Assembly (NCBI GenBank): GCA_017407645.1
Contig: JAFQWE010000041.1
Location: 723 to 64,722, forward strand
DNA length: 64,000 nt
Source: Clostridia bacterium
Lineage (GTDB): Bacteria > Bacillota > Clostridia > Oscillospirales > Acutalibacteraceae
Direction: 5' to 3'
A model generated the notes under the pieces. It saw nothing but the letters and a program-made list of their open reading frames with translations, did not search any database and was not told where the DNA came from. Below, piece after piece: positions 1 through 9,279 of this stretch. A program made the translations under genes and the position numbers. Numbering within the stretch: position 1 is the first letter of the stretch; each line of letters starts with the position of its first letter.

Positions 1-96
1 ACTGTCAAGCTCCCTACAATAAGGAAGCATTATGTTTTCAAGGAGTTTGAGATGTTTTCTTTTGTTTTTAACTGTTACAAATCTTAATTCGCTCAT
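1..96 (-). CDS. hypothetical protein, N-terminal fragment (gene runs off left edge)
   Basis: ATG at 94..96 (minus) with AAGAGG about 7 nt upstream. There are 32 open codons (MSELRFVTVKNKRKHLKLLENIMLPYCRELDS) to the window edge. No family recognised. Confidence 0.35.
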   Translation of the reverse strand, partial: MSELRFVTVKNKRKHLKLLENIMLPYCRELDS

Positions 97-524
97 TACT
101 TTACCTCTTTCATAAAATTAAAAATGCGTCTCTGACTGTGAAATCAGAAACGCATAAATCCGTATAAAAGAAGTATTATTCACAAACGGACAAAACGGTA
201 GCTGACTTCACTAAGTAAATTCTTTTCATCATTTTGTCCACCTGCCTTTCAATTGTTTTTATCAGTATAGCACTGGTATTGTGAAAAGTCAATATTTTAC
301 AGCTTTGTCAGGTGTAAATAAAATAAACACTTTAAGTATTGTAAAGTTAGAAAATTGCTTTTTCAGTCGAATATTAAGCGTTTTTGTCAAAAATTGAAGC
401 GTTTTTGCAATTAATCTTGCAACAGATGTTTATATAAATTAATATAATAAAGGTTATACGATGATAAAAAAGTTTTTTTATTTTATCCATTGTTGAAATT
501 TTTACAAAACAGGAGGGTGGTTTA

Positions 525-1253
525 ATGAAGTTTGATATGGGAACAATAATTGGTATAATAGGTATTCTTTTTGGTTTTTTAGGTTCGCTATTTTTTTACT
601 TAAAAGGGAAAAAGAAAAAAAGATTAGTATATAACACAGAAACAGCAATACTAATTTCTGAAAGTTTGAGCAATTATGAAAATTTAAGAATACAATATAA
701 TAACGAAGATATTAAGACTTTAAATAGCACCAACATAAAAATTAAAAATATTGGTAATGATATTATTGAAACAGATGATTTTATTCCTGCAGTTCCAATC
801 GTTATAGCAACTAGTGACCATTTTTTATTACAGGACACATCAAAGTATAATATCAATTCTTCAAATTCAAAAAATAGAGTTTTTTTAAAACATATTGATG
901 AATCCCATATCGAAGTTTCTTTTGATTTTTTGAATCCAAAAGACGAAATTCAAATTACGGTGTTGCATACTGGTCAAATAACTATAACAGGAGATTTAAA
1001 GCAAGGTTCTGTGAAAAATTATTCGAGCAAGAAATATGAAAAAGAAACTGATGATTTAAATAAAGATATAGATATAACATACAGTATTTTAAATATGCGA
1101 AAAGTGTTTTTCTTGTTAATCATATTAATTATACTGCTTTTTTTATTCATCAGTATATTATATCCTGACATGTTTGGAGATAACAAAATTGAAATAATAT
1201 CTTTGATGCTAATTCCTTTATCTATGCTAGTTTTTATGACACAAAATAAATGA
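525..1253 (+). CDS. hypothetical membrane protein (N-terminal TM helix, soluble middle, hydrophobic C-terminus)
   Basis: 242-aa ORF with AGGAGGG RBS upstream. Hydrophobic stretches IIGIIGILFGFLGSLFFYL and FFLLIILIILLFLFISILY / LMLIPLSMLVFM. Very AT-rich codon usage. No family recognised. Confidence 0.6.
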   Translation: MKFDMGTIIGIIGILFGFLGSLFFYLKGKKKKRLVYNTETAILISESLSNYENLRIQYNNEDIKTLNSTNIKIKNIGNDIIETDDFIPAVPIVIATSDHFLLQDTSKYNINSSNSKNRVFLKHIDESHIEVSFDFLNPKDEIQITVLHTGQITITGDLKQGSVKNYSSKKYEKETDDLNKDIDITYSILNMRKVFFLLIILIILLFLFISILYPDMFGDNKIEIISLMLIPLSMLVFMTQNK

Positions 1254-1305
1254 TATTGAACTTATGTCTAAAAAACTTTGAAAGTATAAAAATTGTATAT
1301 AATAA

Positions 1306-1337
1306 TCACAACCATCGGTTTTCACCGGTGGTTGTGA
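1306..1337. terminator. bidirectional rho-independent terminator
   Basis: Hairpin tcacaaccatcgg/ccggtggttgtga (one mismatch) with an A-run before and a T-run after. It lies between convergent ORFs. Confidence 0.7.
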
Positions 1338-1339
1338 TT

Positions 1340-1693
1340 TTATAAGAACAATGTTTCCTCATACACAACCTTCTTTACCCTTGCCTCAATATTTCCCATT
1401 CTCTGCACCCACTCCATCTGATTTCTCTCTTTTAGTTGTTCGGTTACACTCTCATTCGCTTTTATCTGCTCTATCAAAAGGTCATACATTTTGTTTGCCT
1501 GCTTTTCAACATCTGCACAATGCTGATAAAGTTTTCCTTGGGTGAGCAATAAGTTGAAAAATACACGGTTATGTTTTTCAAGATAATCCTTATGTAACAT
1601 TCCCCATTTACCAAGCCTAACATTTGCCTCTTCAGGAGGCAGTTTGAGATTAGGAATAAGATAACCATTCACTTCACGGTATGTAATTTTCAT
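1340..1693 (-). CDS. tnpV: TnpV-family transposon-associated protein
   Basis: MKITYREVNGYLIPNL...GKWGMLHKDYLEKH resembles TnpV proteins of Tn4451-type clostridial elements. ORF track start is 1702; the ATG at 1693 is preferred because AAAGGA lies 9 nt upstream. Confidence 0.65.
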   Translation of the reverse strand: MKITYREVNGYLIPNLKLPPEEANVRLGKWGMLHKDYLEKHNRVFFNLLLTQGKLYQHCADVEKQANKMYDLLIEQIKANESVTEQLKERNQMEWVQRMGNIEARVKKVVYEETLFL

Positions 1694-1908
1694 TTGAGTC
1701 ATCCTTTCATTTTTCTTAATTGTAATAATAGTGCTGATTTTTGTGTCAAAAACTAATTGTAAATAAATTATGAACAGGCGATTTTTGACGATTGCTTCAG
1801 CTGCAAATTTTTGAGTTTAAAAATGCCCGTAACCCCAGTAAAATAGGGCGTTTTCACCACCTTTCGTGTCGAAATTTGTGTAAGATTTTGTGTTGCTTTT
1901 CGCTTAAT

Positions 1909-2553
1909 TTATGGTTCTATTTTAACATCTACAGGTGCCATTGCGGCACCCATATTGTTGGCGTCGGTAATGTTCATATCCACCACTCTGCCTAATGTGA
2001 AAGCCTGCACGTATGGACCTTTGCCGTCACCCACTATTGCGGCGCCTGAGCCTGTAACGGTCCACTGGGCTGTAGGAGGTCGCACTCCGCCATAATCAAG
2101 AGGAAATCGAAACTGCCGCTCAGCCGTGCAAAAGTGAGAGGAGGTAACCGCTATTGCCTTGCGAGCCACCGATGACTCCACCGCAAGAGACGCCATAATC
2201 AGTGACAGACTCATTGTGGAGCAGGCGCCGAAAACTCCTGCAAAGGCTATTTCAAAATCCTTAAGTCCAAAGGTTGAGCCGATGCACTGATTAAGCAAAT
2301 CCCCTGCAAAAAGCATATCTATATCATAAGCGGCAAGGCGCGCCTTTTTAAGTGCAAGCTGCACCGCCGTTTTTTGCATCATACTTTCTGCCTTTTCCCA
2401 GGTCTTTTGCTCCATTGTGTCGTCATCGGTTATATAGTCAAAATAGGGCGCCATCGGGCCGTCTCCTTCTTTTGTGCCAACCACCGCTGCCGATTCAATT
2501 ATAGTAGGCTTGTGTTCAAGAATGACGGTATATCTGCCTTGACGGTATGCCAT
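1909..2553 (-). pseudogene. spoVAD: stage V sporulation protein AD, 3'-truncated (roughly the first two thirds)
   Basis: MAYRQGRYTV...FGACSTM...SSHFCTAERQFRFP...TVTGSGAA...NMGAAMAP matches SpoVAD from the N-terminus. It then ends after 7 unrelated codons at about 214 aa, whereas SpoVAD is about 330-340 aa. RBS AAAAGGTGA precedes the ATG at 2553 (track start 2634 is an upstream extension). Confidence 0.75.
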
Positions 2554-2665
2554 TTTAATCACCTTTTTGCATTTTTCTTTATTTTTTATCGCAAAAGGGA
2601 TTTTATGCAGAATTTGCTTTAAATAAGCAGGCAATTATGATACAATATTTGTAGGAAGTGATGTT

Positions 2666-3577
2666 ATGACCGTTTATCCTGATTATTATAAGGAGTTTGA
2701 ATGTATTAAGGGCGAATGTCGTCACAACTGCTGCATAGGTTGGGAGATTGAGATTGACAGTGATACCGCAGAAAAGTATAAAAGTGTAGGTGGAGAATTG
2801 GGCGACCGCCTTAAAAGGTGCATTGATTGGAATGAGCCTTGCTTTATTCTTGGTGAAAATGAGCGTTGCCCCTTTTTGAACGGTGACAACCTGTGCGACA
2901 TTATAATTGGATTGGGTGAAGATAAACTTTGCGGCATTTGTGCCGACCATCCCCGATTTAAAAATGAGTTGCCCGACCGCACTGAAATAGGTTTAGGACT
3001 TTGTTGCGAGGCGGCGGCAGATTTGATTTTGAGGCAAAAGCACAAGGTTGGTTTGGTCTTGGACGGTGACTCCCCTTGCGATGACAGTATTATCAATTTG
3101 CGGGACGCCATAATAGACACCTTGCAAGACCGCGAGTTTTCTGTCTTTGAGCGATTGGAAAATATGCTTTGGCTTTGCGGTGAGGATAATTTTGTTGTTG
3201 ATATTAAGAATTGGGCAGACCGACTGTATAACCTTGAGCGGCTTGACGAGGCTTGGACAAACAGAATAAACACACTAAAAACGCCTATTGATTTTGAGGG
3301 TTATGCCGACTACATAAAGAATTATGAATGTGAATATGAGCAGTTGGCAGTCTACTTTATCTATCGGCATTTTGCCAACGCGCCTGACGGTGACAGTTGC
3401 ATTAAAAGAGCAAAATTTGCCGCACTTGCGGTAAATATAATCTACGCTTTGGGTGCGGCAGAGTTTACTCTAAGGGGCGAGTTAAGTTTTGACCGCAGAG
3501 TTGATATTGCCCGCGCTTTTTCAAGCGAAATTGAATATTCAGACGAAAATTTGTATACGATTATTGATAGTTTGTAA
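2666..3577 (+). CDS. FliB-family (flagellin lysine-N-methylase-like) cysteine-cluster protein
   Basis: N-terminal FECIKGECRHNCCIGWEIEIDSDTAEKY and ERCPFLNGDNLC...ADHPRF resemble the FliB/YkgJ-type Cys cluster. No flagellar genes are nearby. Confidence 0.6.
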   Translation: MTVYPDYYKEFECIKGECRHNCCIGWEIEIDSDTAEKYKSVGGELGDRLKRCIDWNEPCFILGENERCPFLNGDNLCDIIIGLGEDKLCGICADHPRFKNELPDRTEIGLGLCCEAAADLILRQKHKVGLVLDGDSPCDDSIINLRDAIIDTLQDREFSVFERLENMLWLCGEDNFVVDIKNWADRLYNLERLDEAWTNRINTLKTPIDFEGYADYIKNYECEYEQLAVYFIYRHFANAPDGDSCIKRAKFAALAVNIIYALGAAEFTLRGELSFDRRVDIARAFSSEIEYSDENLYTIIDSL

Positions 3578-3580
3578 GAG

Positions 3581-3607
3581 AAAAACCGCCGATTGCTCGG
3601 CGGTTTT
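3581..3607 (+). terminator. rho-independent terminator
   Basis: aaaaaccgccg-attgct-cggcggtttt directly after the stop codon. Confidence 0.7.
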
Positions 3608-3613
3608 GTTCGT

Positions 3614-3671
3614 TTTTTATCCCTCCGTCAAAACCTACGGTTTTGCCACCTCCCTTTAGGCAAGGGAGGCA
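3614..3671 (+). repeat. REP-like intergenic repeat, copy A (subfamily 1)
   Basis: ttttatccctccgtc...gccacc, then hairpin cctccctt-taggc-aagggagg. Shares 13 nt and 23 nt identical blocks with copy C. Confidence 0.6.
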
Positions 3672-3675
3672 TAGG

Positions 3676-4515
3676 TTACGTTCTGAAATCAGAGGGGCAT
3701 TTGCCTGTTTTTTTGCGAAAAAGTTTTGAAAAATGGCTTACATCCCCAAAGCCTGTTTGTGCGGCAATCTCGGTAACAGACATTCGTGTGGATTCAAGCA
3801 ATTCAATAGCCTTACTGATACGGCGTTCAAGCACGTAACTGTGGAGTGACATACCTGTAAGTTCCCTCATAACGCGGCTGATATAATTGGGGTGGTAACT
3901 GAATTTTTCTGCCAAAGTTACGTTGGTGAGGGTTTCATTTAAGTGAGCGCCTACATAGCTTATCACCCGCTCGGCAAGTTTGCTTTGGGCATCTCCGTCA
4001 GCGGTCTGATTTAATCGGGCACACTGCACAAGCAGGTCTTTAAGCAGACTGTCGCACCTCTCTCTGCTGAAAAGCATACCACGGGAATACTCAAGGTTGA
4101 TAAGGCGCATCTTTTCCACAATGTCTCCACCTGCCATTATGCAAAAAGCGGTAGATAAGCTTGGAGCATCCTCTATTTCTTCACATTCTTCAATAAGTCT
4201 GCCTTTTGTAAAATCAGCAGGCTTGCAGGGTGGCACAGGCAGATGGTTATGCCGCGCCCTTTGGGTAAAATCATAGTTGCAACCGATAAAGGTCATACCC
4301 TCTTTATCGGGATGATAGGAATAGACCATACCTGCACGCCAACCGATTACACTGCCTCGCACAACTTGATAGCGCACACCGTCAATAGTGATTGCTCCGC
4401 TACCCGATGTGCAGACGAATATTCTGTTATCAAGGCCCACCGCACCATCCCACAAAGGAATGTTGGATTGCACCCGCGAATATCGTACAAAAGGCTGAAT
4501 GTCAGAAAGGCGCAT
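3676..4515 (-). CDS. AraC family transcriptional regulator
   Basis: Cupin-like N-terminus and a C-terminal HTH (SVTEIAAQTGFGDVSHFSKLFRKKTGKCPSDFR). RBS GGGGTGA. Confidence 0.85.
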   Translation of the reverse strand: MRLSDIQPFVRYSRVQSNIPLWDGAVGLDNRIFVCTSGSGAITIDGVRYQVVRGSVIGWRAGMVYSYHPDKEGMTFIGCNYDFTQRARHNHLPVPPCKPADFTKGRLIEECEEIEDAPSLSTAFCIMAGGDIVEKMRLINLEYSRGMLFSRERCDSLLKDLLVQCARLNQTADGDAQSKLAERVISYVGAHLNETLTNVTLAEKFSYHPNYISRVMRELTGMSLHSYVLERRISKAIELLESTRMSVTEIAAQTGFGDVSHFSKLFRKKTGKCPSDFRT

Positions 4516-4624
4516 TTTATCACCCCAAAAGTTTATTTTTTACAAAAACTTTGCTAATTTTTATATGTATTATAACGGTGTTTGGAATTAAAATCAAGTA
4601 AAAATACAAAGCGAGGTAAAAAAT

Positions 4625-6070
4625 ATGATAGAAAGAGCAAAGCCATTAACCGCCAAAATATGTACTTTTTGTGTTGGTCACAAAAAATATTGGAGTCAGT
4701 TTGAAGGACTTAAAGAGACACTTTTAGGTTATCATTCAGATTTTACAAAAAAACTTAATAATTACAGTGTGGAATTCATTGATTTCGGTATGGTGGATTC
4801 TTCTGAACTGTCATATGAAATTGCAGAGAAAATAAATGCCGAAAATCCCGACGTAATCTTTTGCAATATGACCACCTATGCTACTTCATCGGTTTTTGCA
4901 CCCATTATGCGCTACTCAAACGCACCCGTTGTGCTTGTTGCTTTGCAACCTCTTGAAAAATTGGATTGCTCGAAGGCAAACACCCGTATGCAGCTTGAAA
5001 ACGACAACATTTGTTCCGTTCCTGAATTTATGGGAGTTGCAATCAGGCTTGGCAAGCAAATTCACGATATTATAAGCGGCACCCTTTATAATGACAACAA
5101 GGCAGACGAACAAATTTCTCAGTGGTGCTCTATCGCTCACGTGCTTCACTCGTTAAAGACTGCCCGTATTGCTGCTATGGGTCACGTTATGGAAGCAATG
5201 TATGATATGCACGCCGACTTCACTACCTTGACAAATGCATTTGGCTTGCACGTTCCCCTGCTTGAAATTGATGATGCAGTTGAGCGATTTGAAAAGGTAA
5301 GCGAGGATGAAATCAAAGCATTTGAGAAGATTATCAAGGCAGAGTTTGATATGCCTGAGCCTAAAAGCGACCCCATCACACGCAAATTGACCGATACCGA
5401 TTTGCGTCAAGCCGCAATCGGTGCCGCCGCATTGCATAAATTGGTTGAGGATTACAACCTGACGGGTATGGCTTACTACTATGAGGGTAAAGAAAACAGT
5501 ATTCAGCAAAAGGTTATTTCCTCTTTTGTTGTGGGTAACTCCATACTCAATGCAAAGGGTGTGCCTATGTGCGGTGAGTACGACGTTAAAACCTGCATTG
5601 CAATGCTTATTATGGACCGACTTAATATTGGCGGTAGTTTTGCCGAATTGCATCCCTTTGATTTTACCGCAAATGCTATTCTCGTTGGCCACGACGGACC
5701 TCATCACATCGCAGTTGCCAACGGCAAGCCTGCTCTTCGCAGTCTGCTAAAATTCCACGGCAAGCCCGGTTGCGGTGCATCGGTTGAGTTTAAGCTTAAA
5801 GAAGGTCCTATCACTCTGCTTGGCGTTGCACTTAACGGCGAGGGCAAGATTAAGTTTATCACCGCGGAGGGTGAATCTCAGGAGGGTGAAATTCCTCCAA
5901 CGGGCAACACCAATACCCGCGGTGTGTTTGGCGAGGATACTCACGAATTTATCAAGCGTTGGTGTATGGCAGGTCCTACCCACCATTTTGCGCTGGGCAT
6001 CGGTCATCACAGCGAAACCATTGCAAAAATTGCAAAAGTGCTTGGTATTGAGTGCGAGATTGTAAAATGA
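4625..6070 (+). CDS. L-arabinose isomerase family sugar isomerase
   Basis: 481 aa with AraA-like blocks (CGEYDVKTC, GHDGPHH, GPTHHFALG). Divergent from the AraC regulator. Confidence 0.65.
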   Translation: MIERAKPLTAKICTFCVGHKKYWSQFEGLKETLLGYHSDFTKKLNNYSVEFIDFGMVDSSELSYEIAEKINAENPDVIFCNMTTYATSSVFAPIMRYSNAPVVLVALQPLEKLDCSKANTRMQLENDNICSVPEFMGVAIRLGKQIHDIISGTLYNDNKADEQISQWCSIAHVLHSLKTARIAAMGHVMEAMYDMHADFTTLTNAFGLHVPLLEIDDAVERFEKVSEDEIKAFEKIIKAEFDMPEPKSDPITRKLTDTDLRQAAIGAAALHKLVEDYNLTGMAYYYEGKENSIQQKVISSFVVGNSILNAKGVPMCGEYDVKTCIAMLIMDRLNIGGSFAELHPFDFTANAILVGHDGPHHIAVANGKPALRSLLKFHGKPGCGASVEFKLKEGPITLLGVALNGEGKIKFITAEGESQEGEIPPTGNTNTRGVFGEDTHEFIKRWCMAGPTHHFALGIGHHSETIAKIAKVLGIECEIVK

Positions 6071-6080
6071 TAATAGATAT

Positions 6081-6112
6081 AAAAAACCGACTCAACTGAG
6101 TCGGTTTTTTGT
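6081..6112. terminator. bidirectional terminator, 32 nt identical to 8385..8416
   Basis: aaaaaaccgactca-ac-tgagtcggttttttgt between convergent genes. Confidence 0.8.
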
Positions 6113-6117
6113 CATGT

Positions 6118-8247
6118 TTATTTCGCCACAAAGGTGAAACTGTGACGATAAGCATAATCTTTTACGTGAGTGCCATCTTCGGCAATCATTTGCAGGGATG
6201 AATTACATCCCTCGAAGGAAGATGAATGAATTTTAGGTTCTTCACCGTCAGATGATGTCCACATCTTTTCAGCATTTTCAAAGGTTATACTCTCAAGAGA
6301 AGTGCAGCCATAGAACACGCGTGTGCGAATACGACACATATTTTCAGTAAAATAGAAGGATTTTAATGAGGTGCAATTCTCAAAGGTTCTTGAACTGAGC
6401 ACGCTAACACCCTTGGTATAGTCAACAGTTACAAGATTTGCACAGTTCATAAAGACCTCATATCCCATGTAGGTTACTGTATCCGGAACATCAATTGAGG
6501 TGAGGCCTGTCTGTTTAAACACGCGGTGGCTGATAGTTGTTACCGTTGAAGGAATATCAATCTGAGTAAGTTTAGCGCAGTTGTAAAAGGTCAGCGAGCT
6601 TAATTTGGTCAAACCCTCATTAAGAGTAACATCGGCAAGTTTGGTGCAACCGTAAAACACTTCATAGCCCATTGTGGTTACATCTTTGCCGAATGTAACA
6701 GCGGTGGTGTGGTTAAGACCTTTAAACAGACGGTTGCCAAGATGAGTAATGCCGTCGCCGATTACTATCGACTTAATGTCAAAGCGGTGTGCAATAAAAG
6801 GGTTTACATTTCCCACATTAATGTAAGCATAGGTTTCGCCTGTGCCGATAAGCTTAAGTTCCTTTGTGTCAGTATTTATGTACCAAGCAATATCTTCACC
6901 GCAAACGCCGCTGATAATCATACTTACATCACGGATTTGACCACAATTATTACAATCAGCATCAGCATCGTTGTCATAACTGTGAACAGCTGAATCTATA
7001 CAACTGTTATAATGCCAGGTTGCGTATGTTAATTTTGTGTTGCCTGAATTAATGATTATCTGATTTTTATCGGTTTGATTACCCTTATAATATACGTTTT
7101 TAAGTTTCGCGCAATTATAGAATGCCCCATCCCCAACAGTTGTTAAGCCACTTTCAATAGTTATATTTTCAAGAGATTTGCAATTATAAAAGGCATAATC
7201 ATCAATAATTATTAAGCTTTTAGGCAAAACAACAGTGGCGAGCAAGTCGCAATAGTAGAAGGCGTATTCGCCAATGGTGGTTACACCATTACCAAACATC
7301 ACATCGGCCAGCATATCACAACCATAAAAGGCATAATCGTCAATAGTTACTACGCTATCGGGTATGGTTATACTTGCAAGTGAATCACAATTGGAAAATG
7401 CACTATATCCAACAGTTACTACGCCATCAGGGATGGATATACTTGAAAGCGATTTACAACCATCAAAAGCATAGGCAGATATTGTTTTGGTGCCGTTTTT
7501 TATTGAGTAATCGGTTGCACTGCCATTATATTTAATCAAATGATTACCAATATACAGTGCATCATCCTCCCAATTCTCACTGTTATTGTAATAAGCTGTA
7601 TTATAAAAAGCACTATTTTTAATGGAGGTTACACCATCATATATAGTTATACTTGCAAGAGATATACAATTGCGGAAGGCACCACTACCAATACTTGTTA
7701 CCTTTTCAGGTATTATTACACTTTCAAGAGATGAGCAATAGGCAAAAGCTTGATTACCAATAACCCTTACTTTGTCGGGAATAGTTATATTAGTAAGAGA
7801 AGAGCAATTTTCAAACACGCTTTCATCAATTTGAGTCAAACGATTGCTGCCAAAGGTAACGTTTGTAAGGGATGTACACCCAAAAAAAGCAGATTTTCCA
7901 ATTTTTGTTACACCGCTACCAATATATACACTCTTAAGGTTGACACAATCCTGAAAAACGTTAGAGCCGCCAATACTTGTAACGCTATCAGGAATGGTTA
8001 TACCCGTAATCTCGTTGCAACCATAAAAAGCCCACGAGTCAATTCTTTTAACCGGATAACCATCGAGAGTGGAGGGTATAGATATATCGCCACTGACTGT
8101 TGGTTCAAATCCAGTAATGGTAGCCTCGTTATTAGTCACTCTATAAGTGTAATAACCGCTTGTCGCCGCATTTGCAGTCATTGCAAACACAGGGATGGTT
8201 GAGAACATCAACACTAAACAAAGTGCAATGGACAGTAGTTTTTTCAT
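6118..8247 (-). CDS. secreted leucine-rich-repeat (BspA-type) surface protein
   Basis: Signal peptide MKKLLSIALCLVLMFSTIPVFAMTANA. Many repeats of the pattern IP..VT.IG..AF..C..L. Central motif HSYDNDADADCNNCGQIR. Confidence 0.85.
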   Translation of the reverse strand: MKKLLSIALCLVLMFSTIPVFAMTANAATSGYYTYRVTNNEATITGFEPTVSGDISIPSTLDGYPVKRIDSWAFYGCNEITGITIPDSVTSIGGSNVFQDCVNLKSVYIGSGVTKIGKSAFFGCTSLTNVTFGSNRLTQIDESVFENCSSLTNITIPDKVRVIGNQAFAYCSSLESVIIPEKVTSIGSGAFRNCISLASITIYDGVTSIKNSAFYNTAYYNNSENWEDDALYIGNHLIKYNGSATDYSIKNGTKTISAYAFDGCKSLSSISIPDGVVTVGYSAFSNCDSLASITIPDSVVTIDDYAFYGCDMLADVMFGNGVTTIGEYAFYYCDLLATVVLPKSLIIIDDYAFYNCKSLENITIESGLTTVGDGAFYNCAKLKNVYYKGNQTDKNQIIINSGNTKLTYATWHYNSCIDSAVHSYDNDADADCNNCGQIRDVSMIISGVCGEDIAWYINTDTKELKLIGTGETYAYINVGNVNPFIAHRFDIKSIVIGDGITHLGNRLFKGLNHTTAVTFGKDVTTMGYEVFYGCTKLADVTLNEGLTKLSSLTFYNCAKLTQIDIPSTVTTISHRVFKQTGLTSIDVPDTVTYMGYEVFMNCANLVTVDYTKGVSVLSSRTFENCTSLKSFYFTENMCRIRTRVFYGCTSLESITFENAEKMWTSSDGEEPKIHSSSFEGCNSSLQMIAEDGTHVKDYAYRHSFTFVAK

Positions 8248-8327
8248 AATTTTATGCCTCCATATTAAATATGTGTAAATTTTACCACATTCCGTTTAAA
8301 AACACAAGATGAAAATGAATAGGAAAA

Positions 8328-8381
8328 CTTTTACGCCTCATCCGTCGGCTATGCCGCCACCTTCTCCCACCGGAGAAGGCT
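8328..8381 (+). repeat. REP-like intergenic repeat, copy B (subfamily 2)
   Basis: tccgtcggctatgccgccacc, then hairpin ccttctcc-cacc-ggagaagg. Shares a 21-nt identical block with copy D. Confidence 0.6.
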
Positions 8382-8384
8382 GTA

Positions 8385-8416
8385 AAAAAACCGACTCAAC
8401 TGAGTCGGTTTTTTGT
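8385..8416. terminator. terminator, 32 nt identical to 6081..6112
   Basis: Same hairpin and flanking A/T runs, located downstream of the YebC-family gene. Confidence 0.8.
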
Positions 8417-8421
8417 TCATC

Positions 8422-9150
8422 TTATTCTTCGGGTTGATTCCAGCTGTGCCATACGCCTTGAACGTCGTCGTTCTCTTCAAGCATATCGAGAAGTCTGTTC
8501 ATTTTGAAAATTGCCTCTTCATCAGTAAGGTCGTTGGTCATATTGGGCACGTACTCTGCCTCGGCAGAAATGAAGGTGTAACCCTTTTCGGTAAGAGCAG
8601 CGCTAACTGCATCAACTGCATTGGGGTCGGTGATAATCTCGAAAGAGTCGTCGTTCACGTTAAAGTCATCGGCGCCTGCTTCAAGTGCATCTTCCATAAC
8701 GGTGTCTTCATCAAGGCCTTCGCTATCAATAATAATGATGCCCTTGCGCTCAAACATAAACATAACTGAGCCGCTTTGACCAAGGTTGCCGCCGTTTTTA
8801 TCAAAATAGTGGCGCATCTCACCTGCTGTGCGGTTGCGGTTATCGGTAAGTGTTTCAACAACGACGGCAATACCTGCGGGGCCGTATCCCTCGTAAATTA
8901 TTTCTTCGTAGTTGCTTGAGTCGTCGTTAGATACCTTTTTAAGCATACGGTCAATATTATCGTTAGGCACGTTGTTTGCCTTTGCCTTGGCAATTATATC
9001 ACGAAGCTTGCCGTTAACGTTGGGGTCGGGACCGCCTGCTTTAACTGCCATTGCAAGTTCACGGCCGATGCGGGTAAAGATTTTTGCCTTTTGAGCATCG
9101 GTCTTTTCTTTTTTGCGCTTAATGTTGTTCCATTTGGAATGTCCTGACAT
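8422..9150 (-). CDS. YebC/PmpR family DNA-binding transcriptional regulator
   Basis: MSGHSKWNNIKRKKEKTDAQKAKIFTRIGRE... is a family signature. RBS AAGGTGA. Confidence 0.9.
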   Translation of the reverse strand: MSGHSKWNNIKRKKEKTDAQKAKIFTRIGRELAMAVKAGGPDPNVNGKLRDIIAKAKANNVPNDNIDRMLKKVSNDDSSNYEEIIYEGYGPAGIAVVVETLTDNRNRTAGEMRHYFDKNGGNLGQSGSVMFMFERKGIIIIDSEGLDEDTVMEDALEAGADDFNVNDDSFEIITDPNAVDAVSAALTEKGYTFISAEAEYVPNMTNDLTDEEAIFKMNRLLDMLEENDDVQGVWHSWNQPEE

Positions 9151-9279
9151 AGAAAATTCACCTTTTCTTTAAATTTCATATTCAACCTATGTATTATACC
9201 AAAGGGCTAAAGATATTGCAAGTGTTTAATACAAGTTTGTTTTGCTTTGCTTTTATATTTTTCATCCACTCCCCTTTTG

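Larger units (their letters stand above)
1..1935. mobile_element. end of an AT-rich accessory/integrative segment carrying a TnpV homologue (partial, continues beyond window)
   Basis: Composition changes sharply: hand counts give 15/60 G+C at 541..600 versus 37/60 at 2041..2100. The segment carries a TnpV-family gene. Its boundary coincides with the point where spoVAD homology stops (about 1910..1935). Confidence 0.5.

Noticed and set aside
3593-3838. ORFs that read through REP-like repeats or run antisense to real genes (3593..3838, 8413..8769, 22913..23137).
   Set aside because: They begin in or cross intergenic repeats and terminators, overlap strongly supported genes on the other strand, and lack RBSs.
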